A DNA stretch of 64,000 nucleotides, taken from NCBI GenBank assembly GCA_030141605.1, contig JAQGDQ010000616.1:62001-126000 (forward strand). The letters are read 5' to 3'. Shown one piece after another: positions 14,201 to 26,088 of the stretch. A program made the translations under genes and the position numbers. Below the pieces are notes generated by a model that saw only the letters and a program-made list of their open reading frames with translations, was not told where the DNA came from and did not search any database. Numbering within the stretch: position 1 is the first letter of the stretch; every line of letters starts with the position of its first letter. This DNA is from Tubiluchus corallicola (lineage: Eukaryota > Animalia > Priapulida).

Positions 14201-17200
14201 AGCGAAGACAGTACAATAGACCCTTTCGAATACGTTCAACACATCCAGGAAAAGGTTAAAAGGGCACAGTTAGCAGCAGCTGAACGAGAAATAGAAAAAA
14301 CAATGGACGAAGAGCAGAAAAGAAAAGAAAGAGAGATTCAGCGGTTGCAGTTGGAGAAGATTTTTCAGTTGATGTCTGAACAAGAAGAGAAGTTTGGTCC
14401 AGCAAATTTTGATGAGCTTAAAGATCAAATGAAACTGTACAAAGTATGAAATTGTCAAGCGTACGAAGCATAGATTATAAAAAAATATGGAAGTTGTGCA
14501 ATAAATTATTAATAACTTCCTAAAATTTTCAGTCAACTTTTTTTTGGATTTCTTGGTAATATATTTAAACGTTGCCAAACACCATTATGTGCACCATAAG
14601 CAGACAGATCGATACAGTGCTTCAGTGACCATAATTTTTTTCATCTTAGAAGCTATTTTTCAATACTGTGATTATCAAAAGGGAGTAAGCATAGTAAAAT
14701 TTTGCCACAACTTTATCCTGAGCTGGATTACTTAATTAAAACTTTTCGGGTTTGTAATCTCAACATCCTACTTAAAGGGAACGTCATTATGTTATCAAGC
14801 AATCGACAATACTTGTGTTGGGAAAAAAATCTGAAAAATCCACGTCCATGAAAAACGTAAAAAATTATGTAATGTTGGTTTTGTGTATGCTTGTTATACT
14901 ATGTCAGCACATTCAAAAAGCTACTCGGGCAATGTGTTCCTTAAATTGCATAGCATTTGCACGAAAAAATATATATTATACGTTGTTTCATGTATAAGCA
15001 CTGTGACAGAAAACCTCACATTTCATGTGTGTTTAATTTTGATGTTTGTTATATAACTACTTTGACAAACTTTTTATAATCTACAGGAATCCAGAACTGG
15101 CATGCTGTTTGATGAGTTTGATTTTTTTATACAGTTTCGATTACCAGTGCTTTTCATGTTGAGTGGTTGTAGTTGGGCTAGAAGTTAGCTTATTATTAAA
15201 GGTAGGTCTCTAAGAGGAGACATTAACCTGGCAGAGGTTCTACAACCTTGTTTGGTTGAATATACATTTTTCCCTATGAAAGAAGTTTCCAGAGGCAGTA
15301 TGCAGCCAGAGTTTAGCTGTAATTGAGCACAACCACTTTGCTCTTTCTCTTACGTATTTTAATTTCTCACTTTAGAGGTTGGTTTACAAATGCTCGAGTT
15401 ATTCTAAATTCTAAAAGAAAATATTTGCTATATTATTGTATCGTATTGTTTTGAAGACACTCAAAAATCTACGTTGTGCGATTGTGAAAACTTAATTTAT
15501 GATATGTGCACATGTATGCAGTGCCTGTGAAAACAGACTGTTATTATATGAAAGCAATGGCGGGAGTATTTTGTCCTGGTTCACATTTCTATTTCTCCAA
15601 ACAGTTTTTGTTCTTTTCACACTGAAGTTATTAAAATTATATTTAAAGATATTTATTAAACGAAAAATTATTGTGAGTAAATGTGTTTTGCATATCTTGC
15701 TCAAATAATGTGTAATGTATTTTTATTGTATATGCACTGCTGTATGCACTTGTTAAAATGTCCTATAGTATTATTTATTTAGTCTAGCGTTATTTACATA
15801 TTTGTAAAATATTGTTGTGTTATGAAACCTAACCTGTATATGATGGTCACACTTCATGATTGGAAGGTATGTATAGTTCAGTGGTAGGGAGAGTACTTTC
15901 TTCCCGCTTGGGAGATCGTCTGTTGAATTTCCGGAAAAATCGCATTTAGAAATGGTACCATTGGTTCTTTGACCTAATAATCTTGTTTATCGAGGTAATA
16001 TGCTAGTAATAACATTCAGGACTTTTTAGGAAATAAGTATTCCTAGAGTAAGTCTTAAACAAATTATTTTTATTATTAAATAACAAAATTACAATTCTCC
16101 TTACAGTGGTACTGTTATTTTTATGCACTGAGCCGACTGTTAATATTAGTTGTAAATGATAAGATGTGTTTTTATTTACTGTTGTCTACAGTATGTCAGT
16201 ATAAATCTATTTTAAACATAGTTTTTGCAATTTGTATAAATTACTTCATTGTTGATGATGTTGTGTTTGAGTCAAATAAAACATTGTTTTATTAAAAATT
16301 AATGTTGTTCATGGCTGTGACATTTTGTTTGAACCTTCACATTTATCACTGATGCCTATTTTGCACTCTTTAATTCCTGGAAGCCTTTTATGCAAAATTC
16401 ACTTAAGTTTATAACTGTGGAAAATGACCCTGTACCCCAGCAAACAAAACTGCCCTTAAGACACACTGCACCAAATGCGCTTGTAAAATGTACCTAGCAC
16501 CCCCCCCCCACCCTCCTAGTTTATCTCCTTTCTCTACTTTGTGGAGTTGTAACATTTGCAAAATGGTTAACGATTACGATTACACTTTTTTACTTCCTGT
16601 TTTTTCTGGACACCCTTATTCAAAAAATAAATCTTTAACAAAATGAGATGAGTTGTTTAATACCTCAAATGGCAAATAATAAAAAATAACAAACAGCCAC
16701 TTAAATAAATTTATGTATAAAATGACAAACCTGGTATATTAATATATAATTAGACACTGGTATACTATTGTAAAATCATTTCATTCAATTGCAGCATACA
16801 TTTGAAGCATTACTTTGAGATGGTACAGAATTATAATTTTAAGGCAGTGCTTAAGAAGATGAATAACGTTTTGACTGGGGCTTTGAAAGTTACATTGAAA
16901 AACTATAAGTTATAGGGTTTCAGCTTATGTTTATTTACTGTTTTAAACTCTGTGCCTCTCTATCTATCTTTACCTATCTCCTTGTCTATACTTTCAATGT
17001 TTTTCATATTCTTTCTTTTACCTGCATACCCTGCGTGTTTTACAACCGTACTCTCATGCTTCTTAGGCACACCACAGACATTTTATAAACTGTTAATTAG
17101 CATGTGTGTAACATGTGAATCTAGTAAACTATGAACTATTAATGCCAGGTAGTCAGAGTGTCTATCGGAATGTCTTTTTTTTAGCTTGGCAGTTGAAATG

Positions 17201-20200
17201 TGCAAAATGTTGAAATCATTTCTCCAGCAAGCGAAACAACATCTTAAATGTGGCTTTCGAGACTGCAGAAGAGTGAAGGTTGTTTGCGGTAATGAAGCGT
17301 GTGACTTAGACTCCACAGTGTCGGCAATTTGCTATGCATATCTTTTGCGACGCCTGAATCCAGACGAAGATACTGCCATTGTACCATTGCTGAACATTCA
17401 TCAGAACGACTTGTGTCTTCGAACGGAAGTCACACATTTCCTAAGGAATAATCGCCTTTCAGAAGATGTGTTGATGTTTCGGAATAATGTCAACCTTGTT
17501 CAGCTACAAAAGGAGAGAAAATTGGAACTGGTTTTGGTGGATCATAACATGTTACCAGCGGGCGATAAATGTCTGAATGAATCAGTCTTAGAAATTATTG
17601 ATCATCATAAAAACGAGCGCTTTAATGACAAAGATTGTACAAGCGATTGCATTATAGAACCAGTAGGTTCGTGCTGCACTCTTGTTGCAGAGAAGTTTCT
17701 TGAGAAGGACCCAAATGGTCTTGATGCCCAAGTGTGTAACCTTCTGTTTGGTACGATAGTTTTTGACACCGTGAATTTTTCTAAAGCTGCATCAAGGGCG
17801 ACGGAGAAAGACCATCGTGTTGTGGCTTTCCTTGAGGAGCGGCTTCCTGAATTGTCTAAAGATGCTGTCTTTACGGAACTACTTTCAGCCAGAGAGGACG
17901 TATCGCATCTCACGCTCAGTCAGCTTCTGCGAAAAGATCAGAAGGTCGTTTCAAGTGATTCGTTGATATTAGCAATAAGTTCTGTTCCTTTACTGGTGCA
18001 AAACTTGATAAAAGAAAAAGATGGCAACGAGCTCGATTCATTTTGTCTCAAGTACAACTACAGCGTGTTGGTTCTGATGGGACTTTCAGTGCAAGAAGAT
18101 GGTAAAGATGTGCGCAGGGATATCGGCATTTATAGCAAGAATGCTGATCTTAGCAAAGCAATATGTGATGCACTAAAAACAGCACAGCGTCCAAGCTTAG
18201 AGCTGCATGTACTTCTTGCGCAGTTACCATGCCTGTCACTGTTTGAACAGTGCAATGTGACAGCTTCCCGTAAAGTTGTCTTACCCTTGCTGAAAGCATT
18301 CCTTCATTCAAATACAATTACCTCAGTCAAATAGTTCAATTAGCCTACGGCTTGTACACTGTAATTAGCTGTGAGTTTGCAGGTAATACAGAGCACAATC
18401 TTCTAATTAAGTATTGATTCACTGCATTGTCAGTGAGAACTGCAGAAAACATCATTACAGACTAGAAGGCAATACGTTTTGCACATTATTTTAGTTGCGT
18501 AGGCTACCTTGTAGCAAAATATAATACGGTTAAACAATATGCACATTTTATTTAACTAACTTTCTACTAATTAATTTTGCAAATAGTTGATAAATTTTTT
18601 TTAGGATTTTGTGCTGCTTTTGCGTAGGTTAAATGTTTCACCAATTTCCAGTATTGTTATTATAACACTGGACTCAATATTTACGATATGACAGAATCAA
18701 TGTAATTTTAAAAATCTAAAACTATAGAAAGAAAGTTTTGTGGTTTTGAAGCTTGTTGGTTTACTGCCACTTGTTTGCTATTTGGCACTAAGAATAAAGG
18801 AATTTCGTATAATTAATGTACTAGAATGTAGACTGTGATTTCCCATTTATTAAACCTCTGATGGTTTGTAATGTAGATTTCTGAGTTTGAGGAGTTAGAG
18901 CATCTCTGTGGTATAATGGTGAGTTGCCCGGAAGCTGCACTGATTTTCTGATTTAGTATTGCTTCATGCGTTGTATAATGTACCGCTGTCACGACAGGTG
19001 ATGAAATGTTTTTGCGTTTAAACACAAGCCAGATATAATCTGCTCTGGTCTGTTGCCTTCAGCATGATTAATTATAAGTTGTAATTAAGCATCATTCTTT
19101 GTGTAAGCCTTTATTGATTGTGATATTATGCTGCATGTAAAGCTACATCTCGGGGGTTAATCATGTTCTAATTCCATGAAGTAAGAATTTTGTCAATAAG
19201 GCTACCTGAGGTAGTCTTACTCGCGACCCAAGGTAATGAAAATCTTTATATAATAATAATGTTCATCTGTTGTAATGAAAGTTTGAGATTACTGTATTCA
19301 TGTCTGTGCCTGCTGCTTTGCTGAAGATGTATAAGAAATTTGTTATAACTTTTAACACAGTTAAGACTTTTATTATAATTTCTATTAACATATTGTGTTT
19401 ATTTATTTGTATTGATTACATATAAACAGAGTCGGATTATTCTATAGGCTAGTATAGGCTGCAGTCTAGGGCACTTCCCCTTAATCTTGGGGACCCTCAA
19501 GCTCCGGTAACATTTTGTAAAAAATCTATTTTTGACTACGGTTGTGTTAAAGTGTGTGTTAATTTGGTTTGCAAGGAATAATTAATTATTTCTTAAAGAT
19601 TAACTATTCTAGTTTATTTAAAGAAGTTTACTTCAAAGCTATGTAACATACGTTACGAGTAAAAAATACGAGGCAAGACGGATGTGAGTGAGTTATAAGG
19701 TGGCTCCATCGGAAAGTGTCTCATAATTTCATTTTCCTAGGCGCTCCTGAAATTTCATAATCCTGCCCTGTATATAACCAGTTTATTTCTTTTCTATGTC
19801 TGGCCAAGCAACTGAACTGCCTGTGTCGAAACTTGACTCATTTGCAGATTTTATTATAGTGAAGGAGTGTAATGTTTTGTTTCTCAAAACATTCTTTATC
19901 AAAATTCAGACCCATTTCTTATTTATTCGTGCACAAATTTACATTACATAGTTTTAAACAAGCTCTCTGTTCATACAAACAATTGCAAAATGCAAAAACA
20001 TTTTTAAATGGCAGACCAGATAACGTCCCCGGTCTGTATATTCTTTATATTTACATCAGAAAAGCGATGCATATAAACTGCTCTTAGTTTATTTTTTACA
20101 TTTGTTAATATGGTGTAAATTAACATCTAAGAAAATCTTTTTGTAAACTTTGAAACATTTTATTCGATGCACATACATTGATATACACGTACAAAGCACA

Positions 20201-23200
20201 TAGCAAAATCCAGTACGAGAATATAATTAACTCACATAAGTAATATAATTACTTTTTATATAGTTAACTAATATAATAAACTTGGGTACATAGCAAATGT
20301 TTAGGAACTAATATGTGCTTGTATAAACAACTCCTAATATGAAAATTCGCTATTAAAACCAATTAACTTCATATTTCACATTTCGGATTCTGTAAACGTA
20401 CCAATTGTACTAATTATGAATAAAAAACAAACTTGTATTGACAAAACTACGTTAATATATACGTGGTAATAAACAAAACGTTTTCTTTTCTCAATTTCAC
20501 AAAAAAGAAATAAACAAAATGAAGCTAAGGCAGTTTCCCTTTATTTTCAGATGATCCAAAAGATTACATGATTAAGCACCTGGAGAAGCTAATTGAAATT
20601 AGAGATAATGCCAAAGAGCCTGAAGATTATCCATCTATGTTTGATGAGAAAAACCTGAAGTCTATGTTTCGAATGCTGGATCCGTGCGACATTGGATTCA
20701 TCTCTCATGAGCAATACGTGGAAGGTACATGATTTCTCTTTGCCTCAAGGTTTTAAAGTAACACTAGTATTTGTTTGCTTTATACTAATCATAATAGACT
20801 GTTGCACTGGTGCTGTACAACTTTGTAGTATTGGGAATTAATCTTTGGAATCTGAATGAATGTTCAACATAATCTGTTAGTGTGATTAAATACATCTGTG
20901 AAAAACTCAAGTTTATAACATATATTTAACTACCACTAAATACTTGAATTCTTGCATTGTTTTTGTTTTTCTTTTCTGTTCATTCGTGTAATTCTGTTCC
21001 TTATTTTTGTAGATGGTAGAGTGTTTGCAATGTTCTTTTCCTCATTTTTTCTAGATAATTATAAGTTTGATTGCTCTGTTCCTCATTTTACAAGTTTGAT
21101 TGCTCTGTTCCTCATTTTATAAGATTGGATTGCTCGGTTCCTCATTTTATAGGATTGGATTGCTCTGTTCCTCATTTTATAAGATTTAATTGCTCTGTTC
21201 CTCATTTTATAAGTTTAGATTGCTCTGTTCCTCATTTTATAAGATTAGATTGCTCTGTTCCTCATTTTATAAGATTTGATTGCTCTGTTCCTCATTTTAT
21301 AAGATTAGATTGCTTTGTTCCTCATTTTATAAGATTGGATTGCTCTGTTCCTCATTTTATAAGATTAGATTGCTCTGTTCCTCATTTTATAAGATTAGAT
21401 TGCTCGGTTGCTCATTTTATAAGATTGGATTGCTTTGTTCCTCATTTTATAAGATTGGATTGCTCTGTTCCTCATTTTATAAGTTTAGATTGCTCTGTTC
21501 CTCATTTTATAAGATTAGATTGCTCTGTTCCTCATTTTATAAGATTAGATTGCTCTGTTCCTCATTTTATAAGTTTGTTTGCTCTGTTCCTCATTTTATA
21601 AGATTTGATTGCTCTGTTCCTCATTTTATAAGTTTAGATTGCTCTGTTCCTCATTTTATAAGTTTAGATTGCTCTGTTCCTCATTTTATAAGATTGGATT
21701 GCTCGGTTCCTCATTTTATAGGATTGGATTGCTCTGTTCCTCATTTTATAAGTTTGATTGCTCTGTTCCTCATTTTATAAGATTGGATTGCTCTGTTCCT
21801 CATTTTATAAGATTGGATTGCTCTGTTCCTCATTTTATAAGTTTGATTGCTCTGTTCCTCATTTTGTAAGATTTAATTGCTCTGTTCCTCATTTTATAAG
21901 TTTAGATTGCTCTGTTCCTCATTTTATAAGATTAGATTGCTCTGTTCCTCATTTTATAAGATTTAATTGCTCTGTTCCTCATTTTATAAGTTTAGATTGC
22001 TCTGTTCCTCATTTTATAAGATTGGATTGCTCGGTTCCTCATTTTATGAGATTAGATTGCTCTGTTCCTCATTTTATAAGATTGGATTGCTCTGTTCCTC
22101 ATTTTTTGAAGATTAGATTGCTCTGTTCCTCATTTTATAGGATTGGATTGCTCTGTTCCTCATTTTATAAGATTGAATTGCTCTGTTCCTCATTTTATAA
22201 GATTGGATTGCTCTGTTCCTCATTTTATAGGATTGGATTGCTCTGTTCCTCATTTTATAGGATTGGATTGCTCTGTTCCTCATTTTATAAGATTGGATTG
22301 CTCTGTTCCTTATTTTATAAGATTGGATTGCTCTGTTCCTCATTTTATAAGATTGGATTGCTCTGTTCCTCATTTTATAGGATTGGATTGCTCTGTTCCT
22401 TATTTTATAAGATTCGATTGCTCTGTTCCTCATTTTATAAGATTGGTTTACTCTGTTCCTCACTTTATAAGTTTGATTGCTCTGTCCCTCATTTTATAAG
22501 TTTGACTGCTCTGTTTCAATGCTTGCTTTGTTCTATTCCTTAGCTTTGTGTGAAGTTGAGAGTTTGCATTGTTCTATTTGTTTTAGAACTCGAGGTTCTT
22601 TCCATTTTTGAACTTTGTACCTAATGTTCGAATTTTTACCTAATGGTAACTGATGCAGCATTTTTCTTATTTTCAGCAATGAAAACTCTTGGAGCTGTAA
22701 AGTTTACTGAAAATCCAATCGGTGCAGAAACCAATGAGATCAGCCTACAGACATTTCTAGATGAGGCGTAAGTGCAACCGGCTTAACTGAACTAGTTGCA
22801 GTTAAAATCTAATGAGTTGTAGTAATTTAAAATTATGAGGGCAAAACACGAACCTGGTCAGGGTTCCTCACGTGTGTAGTGTGGTTGTGTGTGGTGTGGA
22901 TTTGGTGTAGTGTGGTTGTGTGTAGTGTGGTTGTGTGTGGTGTGGATTTGGTGTGGTGTGGATTTGGTGTAGTGTGGCTGTGTGTAGTGTGGTTGTGTGT
23001 GGTGTAGATTTGGTGTATGCCTGCAATGAATCCATGGTTATTTTGATTAAAATCTGATTAAAAGTAAGTAGTAGTTATTAAACGTCTCATTTTAGGTTCA
23101 TTCAATTAAACTTTAATGCTTTGTTTTCACTTTTCTGATTGAAATATCATGATTGAATTTTTAGCTAAAAACAGATAAGTGTGTAACAGTCTCTTATTAC

Positions 23201-24567
23201 ATGCTGTGATATTTTTAGATCTCCAGGCTTTCCAAGTCTGGGGTACCTTGTGCTGTCACGCAATGTCCATTGCTCACAATTTGGAGTTAAGACTGTTATG
23301 TCTAAACCGTATTTGTTCTAGCTTTGATTTTCTCCGTTCCCCCTGGGATGTAAGATAGTGGATGCAATGGGGGAATCCGTCAGTTGAAGGCAAGGAATCA
23401 CAGTAAACTGTTATCTTTTGACAATCCAGTGTTGACAGAAACATTTTAATCCCATCCACTGCAGCAGGGCTCTTCCAGGATTCAAACAATCGTAACCACA
23501 CTGTTCTAAAAGCAAGTCTTGTTCCTCAAAATTATGTCAAGTGTAAATATTAGGTGATGAGCGGTAAGAAGGTATTTGGTCGATGGTCTGCAATAACACT
23601 GCATGAAGGAGGAAAGGAGGATCCAGGGTGGATGGCATAGTAGGAGAATTTCAGTCAATTGAATGCGAAGAATTAAAGTAACGTGTCATCTATTGAATAA
23701 TCTGACATTGTCAAAAATATTTTACCCCTCCCCCAGGGCAGAGAGGGAGAGCAATCTGAACAATTGCACGCACGTAAAGGTACATTTTGTCCCTCAAAGT
23801 ATGAAGTGTAGATGTTACGTGACGAATGACAACATTTGGCTAATGGTTTGCAATGACACTCGTTGCCAGAAATGCAAGGGAAGGATGATCCAGGATGGTG
23901 TGTATGGTGGGGCAATTTGATTGAATCTGCGAACAAATAGTGACCTGTCACCACCTATTGATAACCTAGCTATGTCAGAAATATATTATCTCTTCCCTGA
24001 CCTCCGGGACAGGAAGACACAGGACTCGAACAGTTACAACTATATACAGGTTTTGTTCCCCAAAATGTCAAGGGTAGGACCTAGATCATAGGTGAGAGTT
24101 TTTGGGTGATGGCATTCAGTGACCCTGGGACAAAGGTAAACGTTGTCAAAAATACCAGCAGTACGAAACTTGCTGTACAAAATTTGGATATGAGAATCTT
24201 TTGGCCTTGTTTGACTTGTTTTCGAAACCCCAAAGTCCTCATTGTCGTACATGTTTTGTTGTACATTGTTGTATAAATTCTCTTCTATACAGATCTGAAT
24301 ACTTAAAAACAGTGTACTTTGTTGATGATCACTAATTTTATTTCTTTTATTTTTCATTTTCAGTGGCAGCCATAGGCACTGCTGTCATTATTGTGAGATT
24401 CACTTGGTTTTTAACTAGATATTTTCAATTGTGACAAGTAGATAAGATATGTTATATACTTTTCTAAAAAAACTTACACATATAGCAATTTTGTTTTTGT
24501 TTACAGAAAAACTGGTTTAGAAAATGCTTTGGAAACTTTTGATACTCCCGCAGACGTGCAGGAATAA
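5227..24567 (+). CDS. EFCAB10: EF-hand calcium-binding domain protein 10-like (RIIa/DD-type N-terminus + EF-hand), 4 exons, 142 aa
   Basis: Exons 5227-5329, 20551-20724, 22677-22767, 24507-24567, all GT-AG with matching phases (1,1,2), 429 nt: [48 protein letters not shown]...[35 protein letters not shown]...[22 protein letters not shown]...*. AATAAA near 24658. Confidence 0.85.
6246..6764 (-). mobile_element. Internally deleted hAT element with transposase C-terminal remnant
   Basis: TIRs CAGTGGCGGCTC / GAGCCGTAACTG, flanks ATATGTAG/ATACTTAG. Minus-strand [21 protein letters not shown] resembles the end of hAT transposases. Confidence 0.65.
7065..7607 (-). CDS. NIP7: 60S ribosome subunit biogenesis protein NIP7 (PUA domain), uninterrupted ORF
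   Basis: 180-aa [33 protein letters not shown]...[17 protein letters not shown] matches full-length NIP7 as recalled. Confidence 0.97.
   Translation of the reverse strand: MRPLTEDETRTFFEKLSKYIGENIKLLIDRSDGTYCFRLHADRIYYVSEALMLRAGNISHDNLMSFGTCFGKFTKTKRFRLHITALDYLAPYAKYKIWLKPSAEQQFLYGNHVMKSGLGRITENTPQYQGVVVYSMSDLPLGFGVLAKSTADCRRANPMAIVAFHQADIGEYIRSEETLI
8134..9118. repeat. 26-bp minisatellite within a ~476-bp tandem duplication
   Basis: Unit CAGCACTGTAAGCTCAGGGTATGGGY. Array plus ~225 bp of unique tail occurs twice (TAACTTCGTG at 8631 and 9107). Confidence 0.9.
13832..14449 (+). CDS. MXRA7: MXRA7-like single-pass membrane protein (true start probably ATG 13925 or 13931)
   Basis: Hydrophobic segment [24 protein letters not shown], acidic linker, and C-terminal [32 protein letters not shown]...ELKDQMKLY resembling the MXRA7 C-terminal helical domain. 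Confidence 0.7.
   Translation: MTSKYVSMRITCSSEITASVVRYCSFDFAKVMKMDRFSDVKEKIFAILNEHQFIVYSVSVFTTVISIAAACLYTIARQKTARALATVNSRMHCENKDDAAVTKSTTPTEAEISQEEIENCKNVSEDSTIDPFEYVQHIQEKVKRAQLAAAEREIEKTMDEEQKRKEREIQRLQLEKIFQLMSEQEEKFGPANFDELKDQMKLYKV
17198..18334 (+). CDS. PRUNE1: Exopolyphosphatase PRUNE (DHH/DHHA2 phosphoesterase), uninterrupted ORF; start ATG 17198 or 17207
   Basis: Motifs [50 protein letters not shown]. Preceded by a strong acceptor (T)9AG ending 17184. Confidence 0.93.
   Translation: MCKMLKSFLQQAKQHLKCGFRDCRRVKVVCGNEACDLDSTVSAICYAYLLRRLNPDEDTAIVPLLNIHQNDLCLRTEVTHFLRNNRLSEDVLMFRNNVNLVQLQKERKLELVLVDHNMLPAGDKCLNESVLEIIDHHKNERFNDKDCTSDCIIEPVGSCCTLVAEKFLEKDPNGLDAQVCNLLFGTIVFDTVNFSKAASRATEKDHRVVAFLEERLPELSKDAVFTELLSAREDVSHLTLSQLLRKDQKVVSSDSLILAISSVPLLVQNLIKEKDGNELDSFCLKYNYSVLVLMGLSVQEDGKDVRRDIGIYSKNADLSKAICDALKTAQRPSLELHVLLAQLPCLSLFEQCNVTASRKVVLPLLKAFLHSNTITSVK
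19427..19770. mobile_element. hAT-like MITE
   Basis: TIRs CAGAGTCGGATTA / TAATCCTGCCCTG, 8-bp flanks CATATAAA/TATATAAC. Confidence 0.65.
21055..22516. repeat. 30-bp minisatellite, ~49 copies, in EFCAB10 intron 2
   Basis: Unit GATTGCTCTGTTCCTCATTTTATAAGATTR. Confidence 0.95.
22872..23016. repeat. GT-rich pentamer-based simple repeat
   Basis: GTGTG/GTGTA/GATTTG units. Confidence 0.85.
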
Positions 24568-24835
24568 TTCTCTGTAGAGAAATTTTATGCCTGTGTTTTT
24601 CTTGTGAAGTCTTTTGCTTATAAATTGATACTTAAGTGACATAAGCTCCATCTGAAGAATAAAATGTTTTGTAATTTGGTATAAGCATCATAACGTTCTG
24701 CTACGCTAAAGCATTGCTCACTGCCTGCATACCTCAAACGCAGTAGTGTATTCTTGCTATATAAGTATTAGATACAACAGTATGTAAAACAAAGAAGTGC
24801 ATTTGTTGTTGTCGTGTTAGGAAACATTTGAAAAA

Positions 24836-25636
24836 ATGCTGAAAGAAGCTGTGATGCACACCACGGTCGTCGTGGCAATAATGCTGTTCATCACCCATAG
24901 CGGTCTCCTCGATGGCATCCACGCAGCTGTCGGATTTGAAGAGTACGCCGAGCGACGCCACCCCCACCTGTATCATCTTCCTGATTGGCTGCAAATGCCC
25001 GCCAACGCTTTAGTGAATATTGGCTATTTTGTTGTCGGGTTAATCTGGCTGGTGAACAGTTATCAAGCAGAACACACATCCAAAAAGCTACGTTCAACGG
25101 ACGCCTACATGTTCTACGTCTTTTCTCTTATGTCAATGGTCTATGCATTTATCCAGTTCTCGCGAATTGTCATGCAAACCCACCGCAGCGCCATTCTCGA
25201 CCAGTGGGTGACATTGCCGATATTCTGCTGGGTGGTGTGCTGGTGCGAACACGTCGAACGTGGCTTGAACGTAAAAAGAAATATTTACTTTATTCTCGTG
25301 TCTTGCTCAAGTTACAGTCTGGCGTTATTTACACCTGCAGGATTTGAAGTAGCCCTTGTCGGCCACATAGTAACGTGTATAGTGGTAGGCTGGCACACAT
25401 ACCAGAAGTACAAGACGGGAGCAGCACTCAGGGCCTTGTGCTGTGCCGTGATTACCTGTGCCGGTTTTGTTGTCTTGAAAGTGTTGGACCATAAACTGGC
25501 TTCGATTAATGTTTTGTTCCGTCACCTGACCGGTCACTTCTGGTCAAAAGTTTGTGATTTCTTGCAAATTCATTTTGTCTTTGAATTCTTCTCAGAAATA
25601 GTTAAACAAAAGTATAAGCGGTCAACTAGGAGGTAA
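24836..25636 (+). CDS. TMEM187: Transmembrane protein 187-like, single coding exon
   Basis: 266-aa multi-TM ORF with VGFEEYAE, LQMPANALVNIGY, LDQWVTLPIF, GFVVLKVLDH, LTGHFWSKVCDFLQ, as recalled for TMEM187. Confidence 0.9.
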   Translation: MLKEAVMHTTVVVAIMLFITHSGLLDGIHAAVGFEEYAERRHPHLYHLPDWLQMPANALVNIGYFVVGLIWLVNSYQAEHTSKKLRSTDAYMFYVFSLMSMVYAFIQFSRIVMQTHRSAILDQWVTLPIFCWVVCWCEHVERGLNVKRNIYFILVSCSSYSLALFTPAGFEVALVGHIVTCIVVGWHTYQKYKTGAALRALCCAVITCAGFVVLKVLDHKLASINVLFRHLTGHFWSKVCDFLQIHFVFEFFSEIVKQKYKRSTRR

Positions 25637-26088
25637 TGTACTGTGTAATACTTTATTATTATTTTAGCATTTTTCATATAAAACCTTTAATATACAAGTC
25701 TAGTATCCAGTATATATATGATTGTTTATTTAATAAATTTTAGTTATTTTGAAATGATTGTCATATTGTCAAAGCAGTTTGCACTTTTTTGTAATGGTGC
25801 AAGTTACTGTGACAGATTTCTGAACTGTAATTATAGACTGAAACCCTTTTTGCATCAAAGTTATACTCTTTTAACGCTGTACGAGATCTGAATAAAAATG
25901 CATAATTTCCAGTCTTCAATGCTAGAGACCAAAAGAAACATCTGTTCTGTAACATATACATTAAAATAGTACGATCACATTATATTTTATATTTCATTCA
26001 ATAAACACATGCATCATTATGCTTTTCATAATACTTTATGGTTCAGGAAAGTATGACACACGGTAAGCTAAAAGCTATAAAATCAAAT

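Noticed and set aside
15870-15960. tRNA gene
   Set aside because: A/B-box-like motifs but no cloverleaf. Most likely a SINE remnant.
17605-17913. Antisense or alternate-frame ORFs over PRUNE (likewise over TMEM187, RD3 and 63306-63662)
   Set aside because: They overlap well-supported coding exons and show no recognisable motifs.
21071-22543. Long ORFs of ([10 protein letters not shown])n and ([10 protein letters not shown])n
   Set aside because: Translations of a 30-bp intronic minisatellite with frameshifting 29-bp units. No coding evidence.
23219-24130. Possible degenerate I-clade LINE on the minus strand (AFRT, PSW, IYT fragments)
   Set aside because: Composition suggests a decayed element, but the motifs are too fragmentary to call.
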